A DNA stretch of 64,000 nt, from positions 186,001-250,000 of the forward strand of contig NIVC01000793.1 of the NCBI GenBank assembly GCA_002269645.1, written 5' to 3'. The position numbers and the translations under genes are program-made. Of this stretch, positions 11,937 to 24,500 are shown in pieces. How positions within the stretch are numbered: position 1 is the stretch's first letter; the number at the start of each line of letters is the position of its first letter. The notes under the pieces are model-generated. The model was not told where the DNA came from. It did no database searches and saw nothing but the letters and a program-made list of their open reading frames with translations. Source of the stretch: Macrostomum lignano (taxonomy: Eukaryota).

Positions 11937-12277
11937 CTGACGAGTCGCGATTTGGGGGAGTTGGTATTATTCGAGATTAGGTGTATAAAATGGTGCATTA
12001 TTTGTTTCGGGTCGGGGTTAGAAATGCCAATACATGTAATAAAGTCACAATGTGTACATTTTTGCCGCAGTGGAAATGGTAGACTTAGTGATCTACGAAG
12101 CTAGATGTACGCAGCAGGTGCATTACAAGGGACAGCTGTGTTAAAAAATGTGATAATTGCTTGATGAAGACGCTTAGCGCTAAATATCTTGTGTTTTGAG
12201 AGTGAAATCCATCTATTATCGAATAAAAATCACCTGTTGAATTTCACCTCCTCTTCGAACTGATACTATTATCTCAC

Positions 12278-12319
12278 CTGTTCGTCATTTGGTGTTGCAC
12301 TGTCTGGCTTTTGGGATTC
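12278..12319 (-). CDS. Acidic CaaX protein, exon 4 (ESQKPDSATPNDEQ)
   Basis: tgcag|42 nt|gtgaga, phase 0/0. Confidence 0.65.
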
Positions 12320-12424
12320 CTGCATCCGGGATGCGGTTTGCGATGCGAGATTGGTCACGGATCTGCATTTTGTTCCCCTTTAACAGCCTGGGGCTTCAAT
12401 AGTAAAATTAACGGGGCCACTCAC

Positions 12425-12472
12425 CTCTGCAGCAGCGGGCGTCTCTGCCGGCTTCTCCTCAGTCGCCGGAGC
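12425..12472 (-). CDS. Acidic CaaX protein, exon 3 (APATEEKPAETPAAAE)
   Basis: ccgcag|48 nt|gtgagt, phase 0/0. Confidence 0.8.
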
Positions 12473-12777
12473 CTGCGGGAGTTACACGAGGGCCGAGTTG
12501 GGGCTGCTCAAGGAGGCCAGTGAGATCAGAGAGAAAGCAAAGCAAAGTGCTTTCCACCCGGGCAGTCGAGAGAGGAGTAACATCAATCTTGCTTGGTCAC
12601 AAAAGCAACAAAGGGGAAAAGGAAAAAAGTTTTCTTTGTCAACTCGGTCATACAATCGTAGTTGAAACACTTCTAATCTTTGCAAAAGGAAATTGGAAAT
12701 CGGAAGAAACTCTGCAAACCGCAATAAAAGATCTATCAGCTTCACATGAAGATGCTGTTACATTTTATCAGCTTTAC

Positions 12778-12797
12778 CTCAGCCTCAGGGGCGGGAG
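12778..12797 (-). CDS. Acidic CaaX protein, micro-exon 2 (20 nt, APAPEAE)
   Basis: ttgcag|CTCCCGCCCCTGAGGCTGAG|gtaaag, phase 1/0, fits exon 1. Confidence 0.72.
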
Positions 12798-12884
12798 CTG
12801 CAATAAGTATTGAATTAGAAATGAAAATCCACTTCAATCAACAGCACTTGTCATCAACTCACTGCAGAGAGTCACAGTACTCAC

Positions 12885-12900
12885 CCGCTTCCTCTGACAT
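12885..12900 (-). CDS. Acidic CaaX protein, coding part of exon 1 (MSEEA)
   Basis: ATGTCAGAGGAAGCGG|gtgagt, phase 1. Upstream pyrimidine-rich acceptor ends at 12930. Confidence 0.72.
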
Positions 12901-13659
12901 TATTCAGGAAGTTCTTGCTGGCGTTCTTGCTGAAGCAATCAAGCAGAAACAGTCGTTAAAGAAGAGAAGGTGGCTGGCGGCGTTGGTGGTGGCTGGAGGG
13001 CCGGCGGTCGAGTTTTGCTCCGCGCGCCGCGTTTCATATCCTGGTCGAGCCGCTCCACTGAGGGACCCTCCTTCGCTCGGGGCGAGAGAGGGACAGGGGG
13101 AGGAAATCGATTTGAGATCGGGCTGTGCGCGCACACGGCTACTCTGGCCATATCTACACTGCAGCATTTGGCTGGGAGCAACTTCTCTGCAGCAGCAGCG
13201 GCAGCAGCAACAGCAGCTGTTTAGCGAAGAGTTTTTCGGGGCAGCCCTTAAGAGCTGGAGGGCTGCGGGGAGTGTCCATAACTTCTGTTGCTACATTCCC
13301 TTCCCGTGTGTGTGTGTCTCCCCTCTATTATCCCCCAGCCGGGAATCGATTTCTGTGCACTGCTGGGGCTGAGCCCGGCGACCTGCATTTGGCGACTGCA
13401 ATGCTATTTGGGCCGCACTGCAAACTAAGCCCGCCCACGTGTATTCAGAAATTGCTGCTTAGTCTGCAGTGCTTAGATCTGTCTCGATCACTCTCTCGCA
13501 CGGTTTGAAGTTGGACAATTGGACTTTTCCTTCTCTCTCCGAGATCAGCCCACTGTTATAGTTCCGTCCGGACCATCTTCGTATTCGAATAGCTCTCAAG
13601 GATGCATCTTATCATTGCCTATAGCTTTATGGAAAATAGTGCGGTTGCAAGCTAATATG

Positions 13660-14180
13660 ATACTGCTGATGAGGCTATTGTTGATGAGGCTATTGCTGAT
13701 GAGGCTATTGCTGATGAGGCTATTGCTGATGAGGCTATTGCTGATGAGGCTATTGCTGAGGAGGCTATTGTTGATGAGGCTATTGTTGATGAGGCTATTG
13801 CTGATGAGGCTATTGCTGATGAGGCTATTGCTGATGAGGCTATTGCTGATGGGGCTATTGTTGATGAGGCTATTGCTGATGGGGCTATTGCTGATGGGGC
13901 TATTGCTGATGAGGCTATTGTTGATGAGGCTATTGCTGATGGGGCTATTGCTGATGGGGCTATTGCTGATGGGGCTATTGCTGATGAGGCTATTGTTGAT
14001 GAGGCTATTGCTGATGAGGCTATTGCTGATGAGGCTATTGCTGATGAGGCTATTGCTGATGAGGCTATTGCTAATGAGGCTATTGCTGATGAGGCTATTG
14101 CTGATGAGGCTATTGCTGATGAGGCTATTGCTGATGGGGCTATTGCTGATGAGGCTATTGTTGATGAGGCTATTGCTGAT
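13660..14180 (+). repeat. 15-bp satellite (TATTGCTGATGAGGC), left part
   Basis: Obvious tandem array. It explains the MRLLL and AIASS ORFs. Confidence 0.97.
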
Positions 14181-15311
14181 GGGTCTACGAAGTTTGCCAG
14201 CCGACGTTTGCCAGCGGGACGTTTGCCAGCCGACGTTTGCCAGCCGACGTTTGCCAGCCGACGTTTGCCAGCCGACGTTTGCCAGCCGGACATTTGCCAG
14301 CCGACGTTTGCCAGCCGGACATTTGCAGGCGGCAATTGGTTAAAGAAGTTGCCCTCTCAGGCTTACATGTATTTGCATTTGAAAACTGTGGACACAGCAC
14401 TAATCTAATTCCCCTCGCTCCCTACTACTACAATGAAATATACAGGTTACTAACAAACTACTGTTCAGGCTTATTGAAGTTATTGCTCTTGTCTGCCTAA
14501 ATAGGAAGGTAAAAATACAAAATAAGGAGTTTCCATCGTCACAGTTGATGTCTATGTATGCCATGGAACGGCCCTTTCCATCTCAGTGGCCAAACAAGCT
14601 AAGTGTTTACAAGCTAAATGGGAAAAGACTGAGACATCCATAATGGTATTGGCCTAGTCTCGCCTATATATACTTAACTCAAAAGCCAAACTCTGCTTAA
14701 CGGAGTTTTGGCCATGACAGCGTGCACTTGACAAGCATCATTGGAATTAATTCGCTTACTTTTGGATCTCCCAATGAACTGGGAAATATATAAGCCAGAA
14801 TTATCGTTTAGCAGATCTTTTATTTGCCCAAAACTTGGCTCGCTGGAGATTCCCGATTAAATTTGCGCGTCTTCATTCGCAAATCAAAAATCAAACATCT
14901 CAAACTGGGAAAAGCGATACAAAACTGTCAGAAGTAAACTTTATAATATTTTCACATTCAAATAAATTATTCTTAAACTAGATGCTAGATTGATGAACTG
15001 CATAATTTGTATAGATTTTGTTTTCGAACTTTTATACTTGCGAAAATGTTGGACTAAAAACCGGTTTTTTTCAAACCGCTAAATTGCGAATATTTCAGTA
15101 TCAAATTTTTCACTCACTGACTTAATGTTGGCTGGCCGTAAACGTCGGCTGGCAAACGTCGGCTGGCAAACGTCGGCTGGAAAAAGGTCGGCTGGCAAAC
15201 GTCGGCTGGCAAACGTCGGCTGGCAAACGTCGGCTGGCAAACGTCGGCTGGCAAATGTCCCGCAGGCAAACGTCGGCTGGCAAACGTCCTGCAGGCAAAC
15301 ATCGCTATCCC
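14181..15311. mobile_element. MULE-like foldback element with 14-bp tandem-repeat arms, inserted in the satellite
   Basis: GGG...CCC termini. (GCCAGCCGACGTTT)n at 14190-14330 is inverted at 15125-15300. 9-bp direct flank ATTGCTGAT at 14172-14180 and 15312-15320; removing the element restores the satellite phase. Confidence 0.8.
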
Positions 15312-15800
15312 ATTGCTGATGAGGCTATTGCTGATGGAGCTATTGCTGATGAGGCTATTGCTGATGGAGCTATTGCTGATGAGGCTATTGCTGATGGAGC
15401 TATTGCTGATGAGGCTATTGCTGATGGAGCTATTGCTGATGGAGCTATTGCTGAGGAGGCTATTGCTGATGGAGCTATTGCTGATGAGGCTATTGCTGAT
15501 GGAGCTATTGCTGATGGAGCTATTGCTGAGGAGGCTATTGTTGAGGAGACTATTGCTGATGAGGCTATTGCTGATGAGGCTATTGCTGATGGAGCTATTG
15601 CTGAGGAGCCTATTGTTGAGGAGACTATTGCTGATGAGGCTATTGCTGATGAGGCTATTGCTGATGGAGCTTTTGCTGAGGAGGCTATTGCTGATGAGGC
15701 TATTGCTGATGAGGCTATTGCTGATGAGGCTATTGCTGATGGGGTTATTGCTGATTAGGGTTATTACTGATGGGCGATTGCTGATGGGCGATTGCTGATG
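15312..15800 (+). repeat. 15-bp satellite, right part
   Basis: Same unit and orientation as 13660-14180. Confidence 0.97.
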
Positions 15801-15854
15801 GGGCCAATCAATATGCTGACAAGGTGGTAATTGGACAAAAAACAGAGGGTCAAT

Positions 15855-17215
15855 AATAATAATAATAATAATCTCATGCCCCGCGCCGACCACACAAGTG
15901 GCCAAAACGGGAGGGGGGGCGTCAAATCGTGCTCTTCAGGGCAAGGTCTTTGACGTGCTTCACGCCGGCTGCCTGGATGGCTGCTCGCGCATCATCGAAA
16001 AGACGGTCGATGCGCCTGCGAGGTCCCTGCGGAGTCCACAGCAGGACGTCCTGCAGCGGCTCTGGGCAGAATTCTTCGGCCCGGATGACACGCCCGGCAA
16101 GCCGCAGATGTCGCTTGCGCGTCAGAGGCCGCGTCAGGCGCTCTCGCTGGTACAGGGAGTTGGTCGTCTCGCTGCGGGCGGCGCCGCGGCGGGCGCCGAA
16201 CGCGGCATGAACCAGAGCCGCATGCGCCGCGTCGAGCTGCCTCTCGAGCGCCCCAGTCAGCGTCCAGGTCTCAGCATTGTACAGGAGGGCGGTCTCGACA
16301 ACAGCCTGGAACAGCTGGGACCTGGCGCTGTCCGAAAGGGCCCCGAGAGCAGCACCGCTCGAACAGATCGAAAGGCAGCCCAGGTCTTGCCGCGCCGTCT
16401 CGCCAGGTCGTCGCTCACGTCTGGCACCAGCCCGCCGAGGTAGAGGAACTGACAGCACTTCGGGAGCACCGTCCCAGGGCCGACGCCGTCTGAGTCGTAT
16501 CTCGGCGGGTAGATCGTGGGGCACCATCAGCACCTCGGTCTTTTTGGCGTTGAGGACGAGACCGACTCTCGCAGCCGACGCAGTCAAGCCATCCAGCAGC
16601 CGTTGGGCGCCTTCGGCCGTCGTAGACAGCAGGGCGAGGTCGTTCGCGTAGCAGAGGAGGGACAGCCTCTTCTCCGAGTGTCGCCGACTGGTGCGCCTTT
16701 GCAATAGAAAGCCGTCCTCTGCGGTCGGCGGCAGCGCCACCCCGGGGGAGGGGAGGGGGGCAGCGGCATCTCGTCGGGCAGCGGCAGGGTCGGCGGTGGC
16801 ACGTTGACAATGGCGGCGAAAAAGGTGCGCAACTCGTTTCTGCGCTTCTCCGCAGTGTCGCCGGCCAGGTTCAACGCTGCTGACGTCTTCTTACGACCGA
16901 TGAGGGCGTTCACGACCGGCTAGATAACTCATTTCTGCCGTTCAGGCCTGAGAGACGCAACCGATCGGATCGCGTCATCAACAGCTGATTACTGTCGTCT
17001 CGTGTAGGCGTCTGCCAGGGCCTTCTCAGCGTCAGATGTTGGTTGCCAGGCAAGTTGCAGTTGCTCGACTGTGCGTCGGGCTTCTCAGACCTCCGAGTCG
17101 CTCGCCCAAACCGGAAGTCGCCGTGACGCGGGCTCCATTAGCAGCCAACGACAGTCAAGCAAACCTGCTGCGGGTGCCCTGGTCTTGTAGGGCGCTTCTT
17201 CTGGGGCGATGGAGC
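15855..17215 (-). mobile_element. RTE-clade non-LTR retrotransposon fragment, 5'-truncated, internally deleted and frameshifted
   Basis: RT motifs LLCYANDLALL, GLVLNAKKTEV, FLYLG and LLYNAETWTL. (ATT)n tail around 15852-15872. Candidate TSD GGTCAAT at 15848-15854 and 17216-17222. Confidence 0.88.
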
Positions 17216-18269
17216 GGTCAATGCAAGTGCTAATCGAACAAAATTTTTAATATCATTTAAATTTCAAACATAAAAAGCTATTTTTATTTTCAAAGCTGAC
17301 TACTGGACTAAGATGATATCAGTAGTCTCGTGCGCCAACTTTACGAGGTATTATTCTTTGCATTGTTGTTGAGACCAACATTGAAATGAGGTATAGGAAT
17401 TTAACAGACATTCAATCCTCTACTTGAACGCAAGTCTGCACATTTAGCAGTGTTCTAAATGTAATTTTTATGATTATTTCTGCCAAGCCAGACTATAAAC
17501 TGAAATTTTGAATCGCACGGCTCACTAAGCATGGAGGGGACTCCGCTGAGGAGCTGGGAAAATTGAATTTCACTTCGAATAGCTCGAGCCCCCCCCCAGT
17601 TTCTCCCGTTCTCTCTAAGTTTTTAGCCTGCAAGCTCGCAGTTTTTTCCAGATTCCTTCATCTAAATTCCCGCCATTTCCTTCCCAGCACTCCCTTTTCT
17701 TAGTTTGTACTTTTCACCCTCCCAAGAGGGGAGAATTCCCCCCTGCGGCTTGCGTTATCTCAGACTCGCTGAGCAGAGGGAGAGAGAGGAGAGTTAGATA
17801 GCTCAGAAACTATATAGCCTATAGGAGCTCAGAAGACGCGATCAAGAGGCTGCGGAATCAATGGGTTTGTAGAATTTTGATTGACAGGCCTCTTGGCGCT
17901 CTGTAGCGATTGCAGACTCACGCGCGCTCCGCGATGCTGCATGGCCTCAGCTGTGTCCTTACTTACCCACTGGGAATGCCACTCCCCATTGTCCCAGTAG
18001 TGCGCCCTGACATGCACTGAATGCAATTCAATATGCTCACTCAGACCCGCTGACAATGAGCTGCCGAGAGAGAGCTCTTCGCGCTAGAAGCTGTGACGAT
18101 GCAGCTAGCTGGAAATCTTCTGTTAACCTAGCATTCATTTGAAATGGTGCTGCCTGAGATTCTGCATTAATAAATTATAATGCTTGGACCGTGAGCCCGT
18201 GTGAGTAAGTAATACCATTCCTGCATGCACCAGTTCTTGAACCAACCGCTTTACCGGGGTCTGATACCC

Positions 18270-18373
18270 GGTCTGAGTGGACTGAGTCGGTTGGGTCTGA
18301 GTGGACTGAGTCGGTTGGGTCTGAGTGGACTGAGTCGGTTGGGGTCTGAGTGACTGAGTCGATTGGGTCTGAG
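18270..18373. repeat. 24-bp short tandem repeat
   Basis: gtctgagtggactgagtcggttgg, about 4 copies. Confidence 0.85.
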
Positions 18374-19860
18374 TGCAGAAACTAGATTTATAACTTTCTG
18401 TAAGACCGAGTGAGCTGCACTCCTTCTCAAGTTCCAGTTTTGTACGGCCAACCAATACAGTTTTAAAAAACGTGCCAAAGGCAAACCAACCGTTTGTAAG
18501 GCGGAGGGAGGCCCGCATAGAAACAAAATAATCTGCAAGCCATGCAGCGACTACTATGAATTGGAATTAGATAAAGACTTGCTCACACCTGTTTTGAGCA
18601 GAGAACTGCGACAAGGCGGAGCAAAAAACGATTATAGTTTTTTTTAATTTTTTTAATCTGCTTTCTTAGCGCCATGGGGGTGGGGTTGGGCTGTAACCAG
18701 CAGCTCAAATAGTTGACTCAGTTCCACAAACTCCCGACAGGCCACTGCAGGCCCGAGAAGCGCTCTGTGCCCCGCCGAGACTGCTGAGTCTCATAACTGG
18801 CCCGTGCCTGTTTAAATCTCAACAGCGGCTCAACGGTAACCGCATCTGGCTCTCACGTCGGCGTCACGACCCCTGGTTCAGTTTATTCGGGACTTCCATA
18901 CGAAAATTTCGTCAGGGTGCCTACAGCCGTCCTGCAATCATTAATATTGATGACATGCTGTGAGAAGACAATGCATTGTGGCTACATCAATCAGGAGTCG
19001 GAAACTTCGGCCCTCGGGTCCTTTGAAACTTCACAATAGCAATCCGGCCCGGTCTGTGTCTCTTCTTATCTCTCTTCTCAGTTCTCTCCTCTCTCTACCC
19101 TCTCCTCTCTCATCTAGCCCGCAGTAATGATCTAGATTCGTTATCTGACCCCTGACGTAAAAAAGCTCACCGACCCCAGATCTACTTGATCGGCGGCAGA
19201 AAATGTGATCTTTATTTGACTTGAAAGTGAGATTAATTCTTAAAAAAATCGTCCAACCAAACCGATAACTTGAATAAAATTAGATGCAGAATTTTCTGAA
19301 TTCTAGGTGCAAACTGAAAACATGCAGACAGCTGTCTGGAAATGGCCGGGAGAGCCCACGGTGCCCTGAACTCCACGACTCTCTATACAAGCCAAATTAG
19401 GTTTAGATGGGCCTCTCCGTCTCTCTTCTCTTCTCTTCTCTCTCTAATGAAGAGACTGCTTGGCTGTGATCATTTCTTTGAATTCTCTACTCAGCACTGA
19501 TAAGCAGAGCATGCATGTGAGCACTGAGCAGTTCTAACTGATAAATCATTCAGGCTTGCGGTATCTGTTCAAGCATTTGGGTGGACAGACAGGAACTTAG
19601 AAGACGTTTAGAACCTTAAGCTTGACACTAAGGTACACTAAGGCGGTCCTAGAAAAATCATTTGCTGTCGTAGTCTTCTCTTCTTCAAGCCTTCTTCATT
19701 TGGCCGCTTTAGTTTTGTTTTCAGTTTACAGTGTCTCTTAAAGAAATTTATTTAATCTAATATTAAAATTTTGATATCTTTCCAAAGAATGGAAACGTAA
19801 AAGCCCATATGACTTTTATTGCGATCTGAACTCAGGCTTGGCAAGGGTTTTTGTTTGGAA

Positions 19861-20536
19861 GGCGCCAGCACCAAGGGGCGCCAGCACCAAGGGGCGCCAG
19901 CACCAAGGGCGCCAGCACCAAGGGGCGCCAGCACCAAGGGGCGCCAGCACCAAGGGGCGCCAGCACCAAGGGGCGCCAGCACCAAGGGGCGCCAGCACCA
20001 AGGGGCTTTAGCACCAAGGGGCGCCAGCACCAAGGGGCTTTAGCACCAAGGGGCTTTAGCACCAAGGGGCTTTAGCACCAAGGGGCTTTAGCACCAAGGG
20101 GCTTTAGCACCAAGGGGCTTTAGCACCAAGGGGCGCCAGCACCAAGGGGCTTTAGCACCAAGAGGCGCCAGCACCAAGGGGCGCCAGCACCAAGGGGCGC
20201 CAGCACCAAGGGGCGCCAGCACCAAGGGGCGCCAGCACCAAGGGGCGCCAGCACCAAGGGGCGCCAGCACCAAGGGGCGCCAGCACCAAGGGGCGCCAGC
20301 ACCAAGGGGCGCCAGCACCAAGGGGCGCCAGCACCAAGGGGCGCCAGCACCAAGGGGCTTTAGCACCAAGGGGCGCCAGCACCAAGGGGCTTTAGCACCA
20401 AGGGGCGCCAGCACCAAGGGGCGCCAGCACCAAGGGGCGCCAGCACCAAGGGGCGCCAGCACCAAGGGGCGCCAGCACCAAGGGGCGCCAGCACCAAGGG
20501 GCGCCAGCACCAAGGGGCGCCAGCACCAAGGGGCGC
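19861..20536. repeat. 16-bp satellite (GCACCAAGGGGCGCCA / GCACCAAGGGGCTTTA variants)
   Basis: Obvious tandem array with two variants. Confidence 0.97.
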
Positions 20537-20556
20537 ACGACAGTCACTAAAACAGT

Positions 20557-21481
20557 TGTAGTGATCCGCTAGTTGATGTTAGGCGTCCCACTTTGTCAGC
20601 AGTCTCCCTCGCCCTCGCCCTGGGTTGCTGTCTGCCGCTGGTCAGCTTCCCGCCCCCCTTGGCCTGTTCTGCCCTTCTGCGTCTCTGTTCTCAGCCCTCA
20701 GCTTCTCTGCTGTGGGCTGTCTCTGTTTCGTTCCCGTCCCGATTTCCTCTGTCATGTGAGCAAGTCACATGACAGACTCTGCGTTCTTCGAGTCCTAAAG
20801 TGCAGTAAACATGTTTACTGCACTCGTTGGCCCTGTTTACCGGGAGAATCACGTGCTTTCGGACCCCTCCCTTCTCTAAGGAGAGGAGTGACTCATGTTG
20901 CTAAAAATAGCAACTGAGTCACAGCCGCGTGTACTCTGGCCGGAGACCTCAAGTGACGTCAGTTCTAAAAATAGAACGAGTCACGAGGTCTTGCGCGCAC
21001 TGAGACCCTGCCTCGAGATCTCAAGTGACGTCAGTTCTAAAAATAGAACAAGTCACGAGGTCTTGTGCGTGGGTGTTTCCCGGCTATAAATAGGACCCCT
21101 CTCCCCTTGTTTCCGTCAAGGAATTGGCTTCTTATCTGCGGAGAATTCACTTAGATCCCGTGTGCGTCAGTGTCTAACTAAGTGCCCTTTGCGTACTGAA
21201 TCCGTTTGTACTGGTCTGACTGAGACCCCACTAAAGCCCAAGCCTAAGGGAGGCTAACACTGCCTTGTTCATTAATCTGCAAATCTGCACGCTGTGCTGA
21301 GTTCGTTGACTTGTTTATTTCGTTCCGACGGGAAGCTCACCTCATCGAAGGCCGAGACCTGAAGGAACTGGTGGCAGCACTACCTACGCTACTGAGAGTT
21401 GAGAGAACTTCCCACTGAAGAGGCTCGAATCTTAAGGTAATCTTAAGCGCCTAAACCGGGAAGAAAACACCAAATACTTCA
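20557..21481 (+). mobile_element. LTR (possibly composite) followed by a PBS
   Basis: TGTAGT...ACTTCA termini. Inner TGTTAGGCGTCCC (20577) pairs with GGGAGGCTAACA (21259). TATAAA near 21085 and a duplicated TGACGTCA-containing block are present. Confidence 0.65.
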
Positions 21482-21482
21482 T

Positions 21483-21502
21483 TGGTGGCAGCGGTGGGAT
21501 TC
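21483..21502 (+). promoter_or_regulatory. tRNA-Leu primer-binding site
   Basis: TGGTGGCAGCGGTGGGATTC is the exact complement of the tRNA-Leu(AAG-type) 3' end GAATCCCACCGCTGCCA+CCA, as recalled from vertebrate tRNA. It lies 1 nt after the LTR-terminal CA. Confidence 0.85.
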
Positions 21503-24500
21503 AAAGACCTACCAGGCCACCCTGAGAAAACCCCAAGTATTTCACAGTCATTATCTCACATTCAAGACTACCAATATACTTTTCGAAGCCTTTTACTTTT
21601 GGTTGCATTTGACTTGAGGTTGATCTAAAAGTCTGAATTGAATTAATTTCTTTGCTGTATGCGAGAAAAAGCGAAAGCACACAAGCAAAATTGAGCCTTC
21701 AAATAAATTGTCCCATAGAGCAACAAGTGTTTTGCAGAGAGTCTTGCCTGGGCCTGGGACTGCATGGGACACAATCATGATCGTCTTATGATCTTCAAAT
21801 GCGATCAAATACTAGAATGCCGCGGGGTCCAGAGCCGCGCTCTGAAGCTTATGGGGGGGGGCTCAGCTTTATAGACGGTTGAATTTTTTTCCTAGTTTTT
21901 CTGCTTTTAGCCAAAAATCCGAGAGTAAAGTAGGGGGACGTTCTTATTATAGAGTTTCAGACTAGAAATATTGAGCAGAACTCATCAATTCTCTTAAGGC
22001 AGCAGTAGACGAGAGGAAGGTAGCAGTGCAGGCGGGAGGCGGTTCCTTCTCCCATGGCCAATGCACCGAAATCCCAACACCCTTTTTCTCCCTGAAATTC
22101 TGGAAGCAAGCTAGTTGTTAAAATATTCAAGCGCATATAGCGGGGGGCTGCAGAGCGGTATGAAAGAAAGTGAGAACGAAGCCATTGCTGTGACACGAAA
22201 TCCGCGACTCTCTAAAGTCCGGACTGCATGGGGGGCTGAGGCCGGGCTGCGCACGGGGAACGGGGGGGGAGAGTATTTGGGACGGGGACACGCGAGGGCC
22301 GTTGCTAATGGTTACGCAGATCTTACCTACTAAGCTCCCCCCCTATCCAAACACAATGGGGCCCAGAGCTGAGCTGTGTGAGGGCGGCAGCTGCAGTGTC
22401 TGCAACTGCTGGATTCTGTCTTCCCAATGGCCCAGCCAGCCATTGAAGTGAATATGGTAGACAAAAAGCATCCGGGCATGTCTTCCAACTCGCCTATTGT
22501 CAATGTCTGAATTATGGGAACAATGAGAATTTTTAATATTCTATTATTCGCTTGTATTTCTTTTCATAGTTCAAAGAAATAAACAATAATGAAAAAGCAG
22601 GCAAACTATGATAATAAAAGGGCCGCCAGTGCGACTTTTGACTGATTTACTTAGGCAACAAGACCTGCTGCTATCAGGTCGGCGTTCAAGCAACAGAATG
22701 CAATGCGGCATTCACAGTGAGCCAATTGACTAGGATTTTCGTTCAACAGCGTCGTTCATTCCTCCATCGGACATCATTACCTGACAGTATTAGAGTTGGA
22801 AAACTATTTAAATATGATAGTATTTATGTCCAATATTGTCAGGTAAGACGTCGTCAATAATCAACAGAGGATCAAATAATTATGATATGGGAGGGATGAA
22901 ATGCTTGTTGCAAAACAAGTGAACTGATCTTTTACATTGACCTATATATACTAGAAAAAATTACCTTGTATAGGGTATAGATCTATAAATAATCTGTGAG
23001 TGAGCCGTTAAGAGTCTCATACACTTACCTTGAGTATATATATACTTTACTTGATTGAGAATAAAAGCAGACAAATGCTCTGAGAGTGGAGCCAGCTCAG
23101 AGTCAGCCAGTCTGGGGGAGGACAGGGGGGCTGACCGGACCTGCATTTTAAGGCCTTCTCTGTACCCAAAGGGTGGAGAGGTGGGGGGGAGAGAAGGGGG
23201 CGGGAGCTGACAGGTAGACCCAGCTGGCCAACCAGAACGGCACACACACACACAGTTGGGTGCAGAGATGGGGTCCTGCTCCGGACAGCCCCAACTTTGT
23301 GCTTGCGTTGGAAGAAAAAAAAAGAGAAAAAAAATCAGGCAAATAAAATTCCAGCAGTCCTTGGACAACTTATAGTATAAAAATATGCAAAATCTGAAAG
23401 ATCAAAACGGAGATTTGAGCTAGACATCACTGTCGAAATTGACTCGCCAGGGAATATTGGAATCGCTTGTACTCGTACCACCTCTCTTATATATAGCTCG
23501 AACTTCGAATACTTTTCGCAGCCATAATTTAAATGGCCGAACCCATGGCAGAAGTAGAACAAAGAATAAAATACAACTGTAATATATCCTACAGAGACCT
23601 GTCCTGTAAAGGCAGGGTTATTGTTGTTATGCTTGAACAAGTCAAGAACAAGAAGCAATCTGGGCCGAGCGATCCGCGCACTGATAAAGCGGCATTCCCA
23701 AAAAAACTGGGTTTGAAGACTTCAGCCCCAGCTGTCTTGTCCAAAGACAAAGTACTCGTTAAATTCCCAGCCGCAAAAATTCTTCCTACAGGCAAAACCT
23801 TCCAATATATACCTCTCCTCCTCTAAGCGGAGACACTCAAAACTGGGAGTGGAAATAGGATTTGCCAATTCCTGAGTTAAAGGGAACGGAGATGGAGACG
23901 AGAAGCTGAGCACTCCATCGTGCACGCAGGTGGACGACAGCGGGACTATGGGGTTAGTCGATCGGTTTTGCCTAGTCTCATGATTCTCTCCCAACCTCTC
24001 CTCCGCTCCGCTCCCTCCTTTCGGTTGTGCGCGCATCCCGCCAAGTGCATGCAGTACGCAGAGGGGCAGAGAGGAGCGGTGGCCCCCGCTGCTTGACTCC
24101 CCTACCCCCTTGACGTCCCTCAAGGCCCACAACTCCAAAGCAAACCCAGCTCTGTCAGGCGGGAGCAGCACTGTAAAGAATGCTGCAAGCGATTAAACGA
24201 TTCCGTGCAGACATCCCCCGGGTCCTGCAGCCTCAGCTCCTCGTTACTATTTATGCCTTTAGTTGACGAGTACGCGGATCGTTTTATGGATCGTACGGGA
24301 CATTTGCAAGGTGGGGCTCACCGGTCAATACCTTAATAACGAGATATGAATGCAGGTTGTGGGCGTTGTCGGTCTGTATGAGTAAATATAGTCTTACAGG
24401 CCAAAGCATGATCCCACAGATCGATCAGTCAACTCAACCATTGCCCCTTTATGCTTTTTAACTGTTCTCTAACCGTAGTCGACAGCAAGCCGTCTGTAGC

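Noticed and set aside
12248-12259. 12-nt micro-exon (FEEE) of the CaaX gene
   Set aside because: It has cag|...|gtgaaa signals but lies only 18 nt from the exon 4 donor. It could only be mutually exclusive, and there is no further support.
13519-15905. MRLLL, AIASS and AIADE long ORFs as proteins (antifreeze- or LRR-like)
   Set aside because: They are translations of a 15-bp satellite open in several frames, interrupted by a transposon.
17829-18538. Minus-strand gene or RNase H around HVRAH and ORF 18135-18518
   Set aside because: No convincing catalytic motif set, and part of the ORF is a 24-bp repeat.
24300-24450. DIRS-like TDN motif on the minus strand
   Set aside because: Only a three-residue resemblance, in a short frame bounded by stops.
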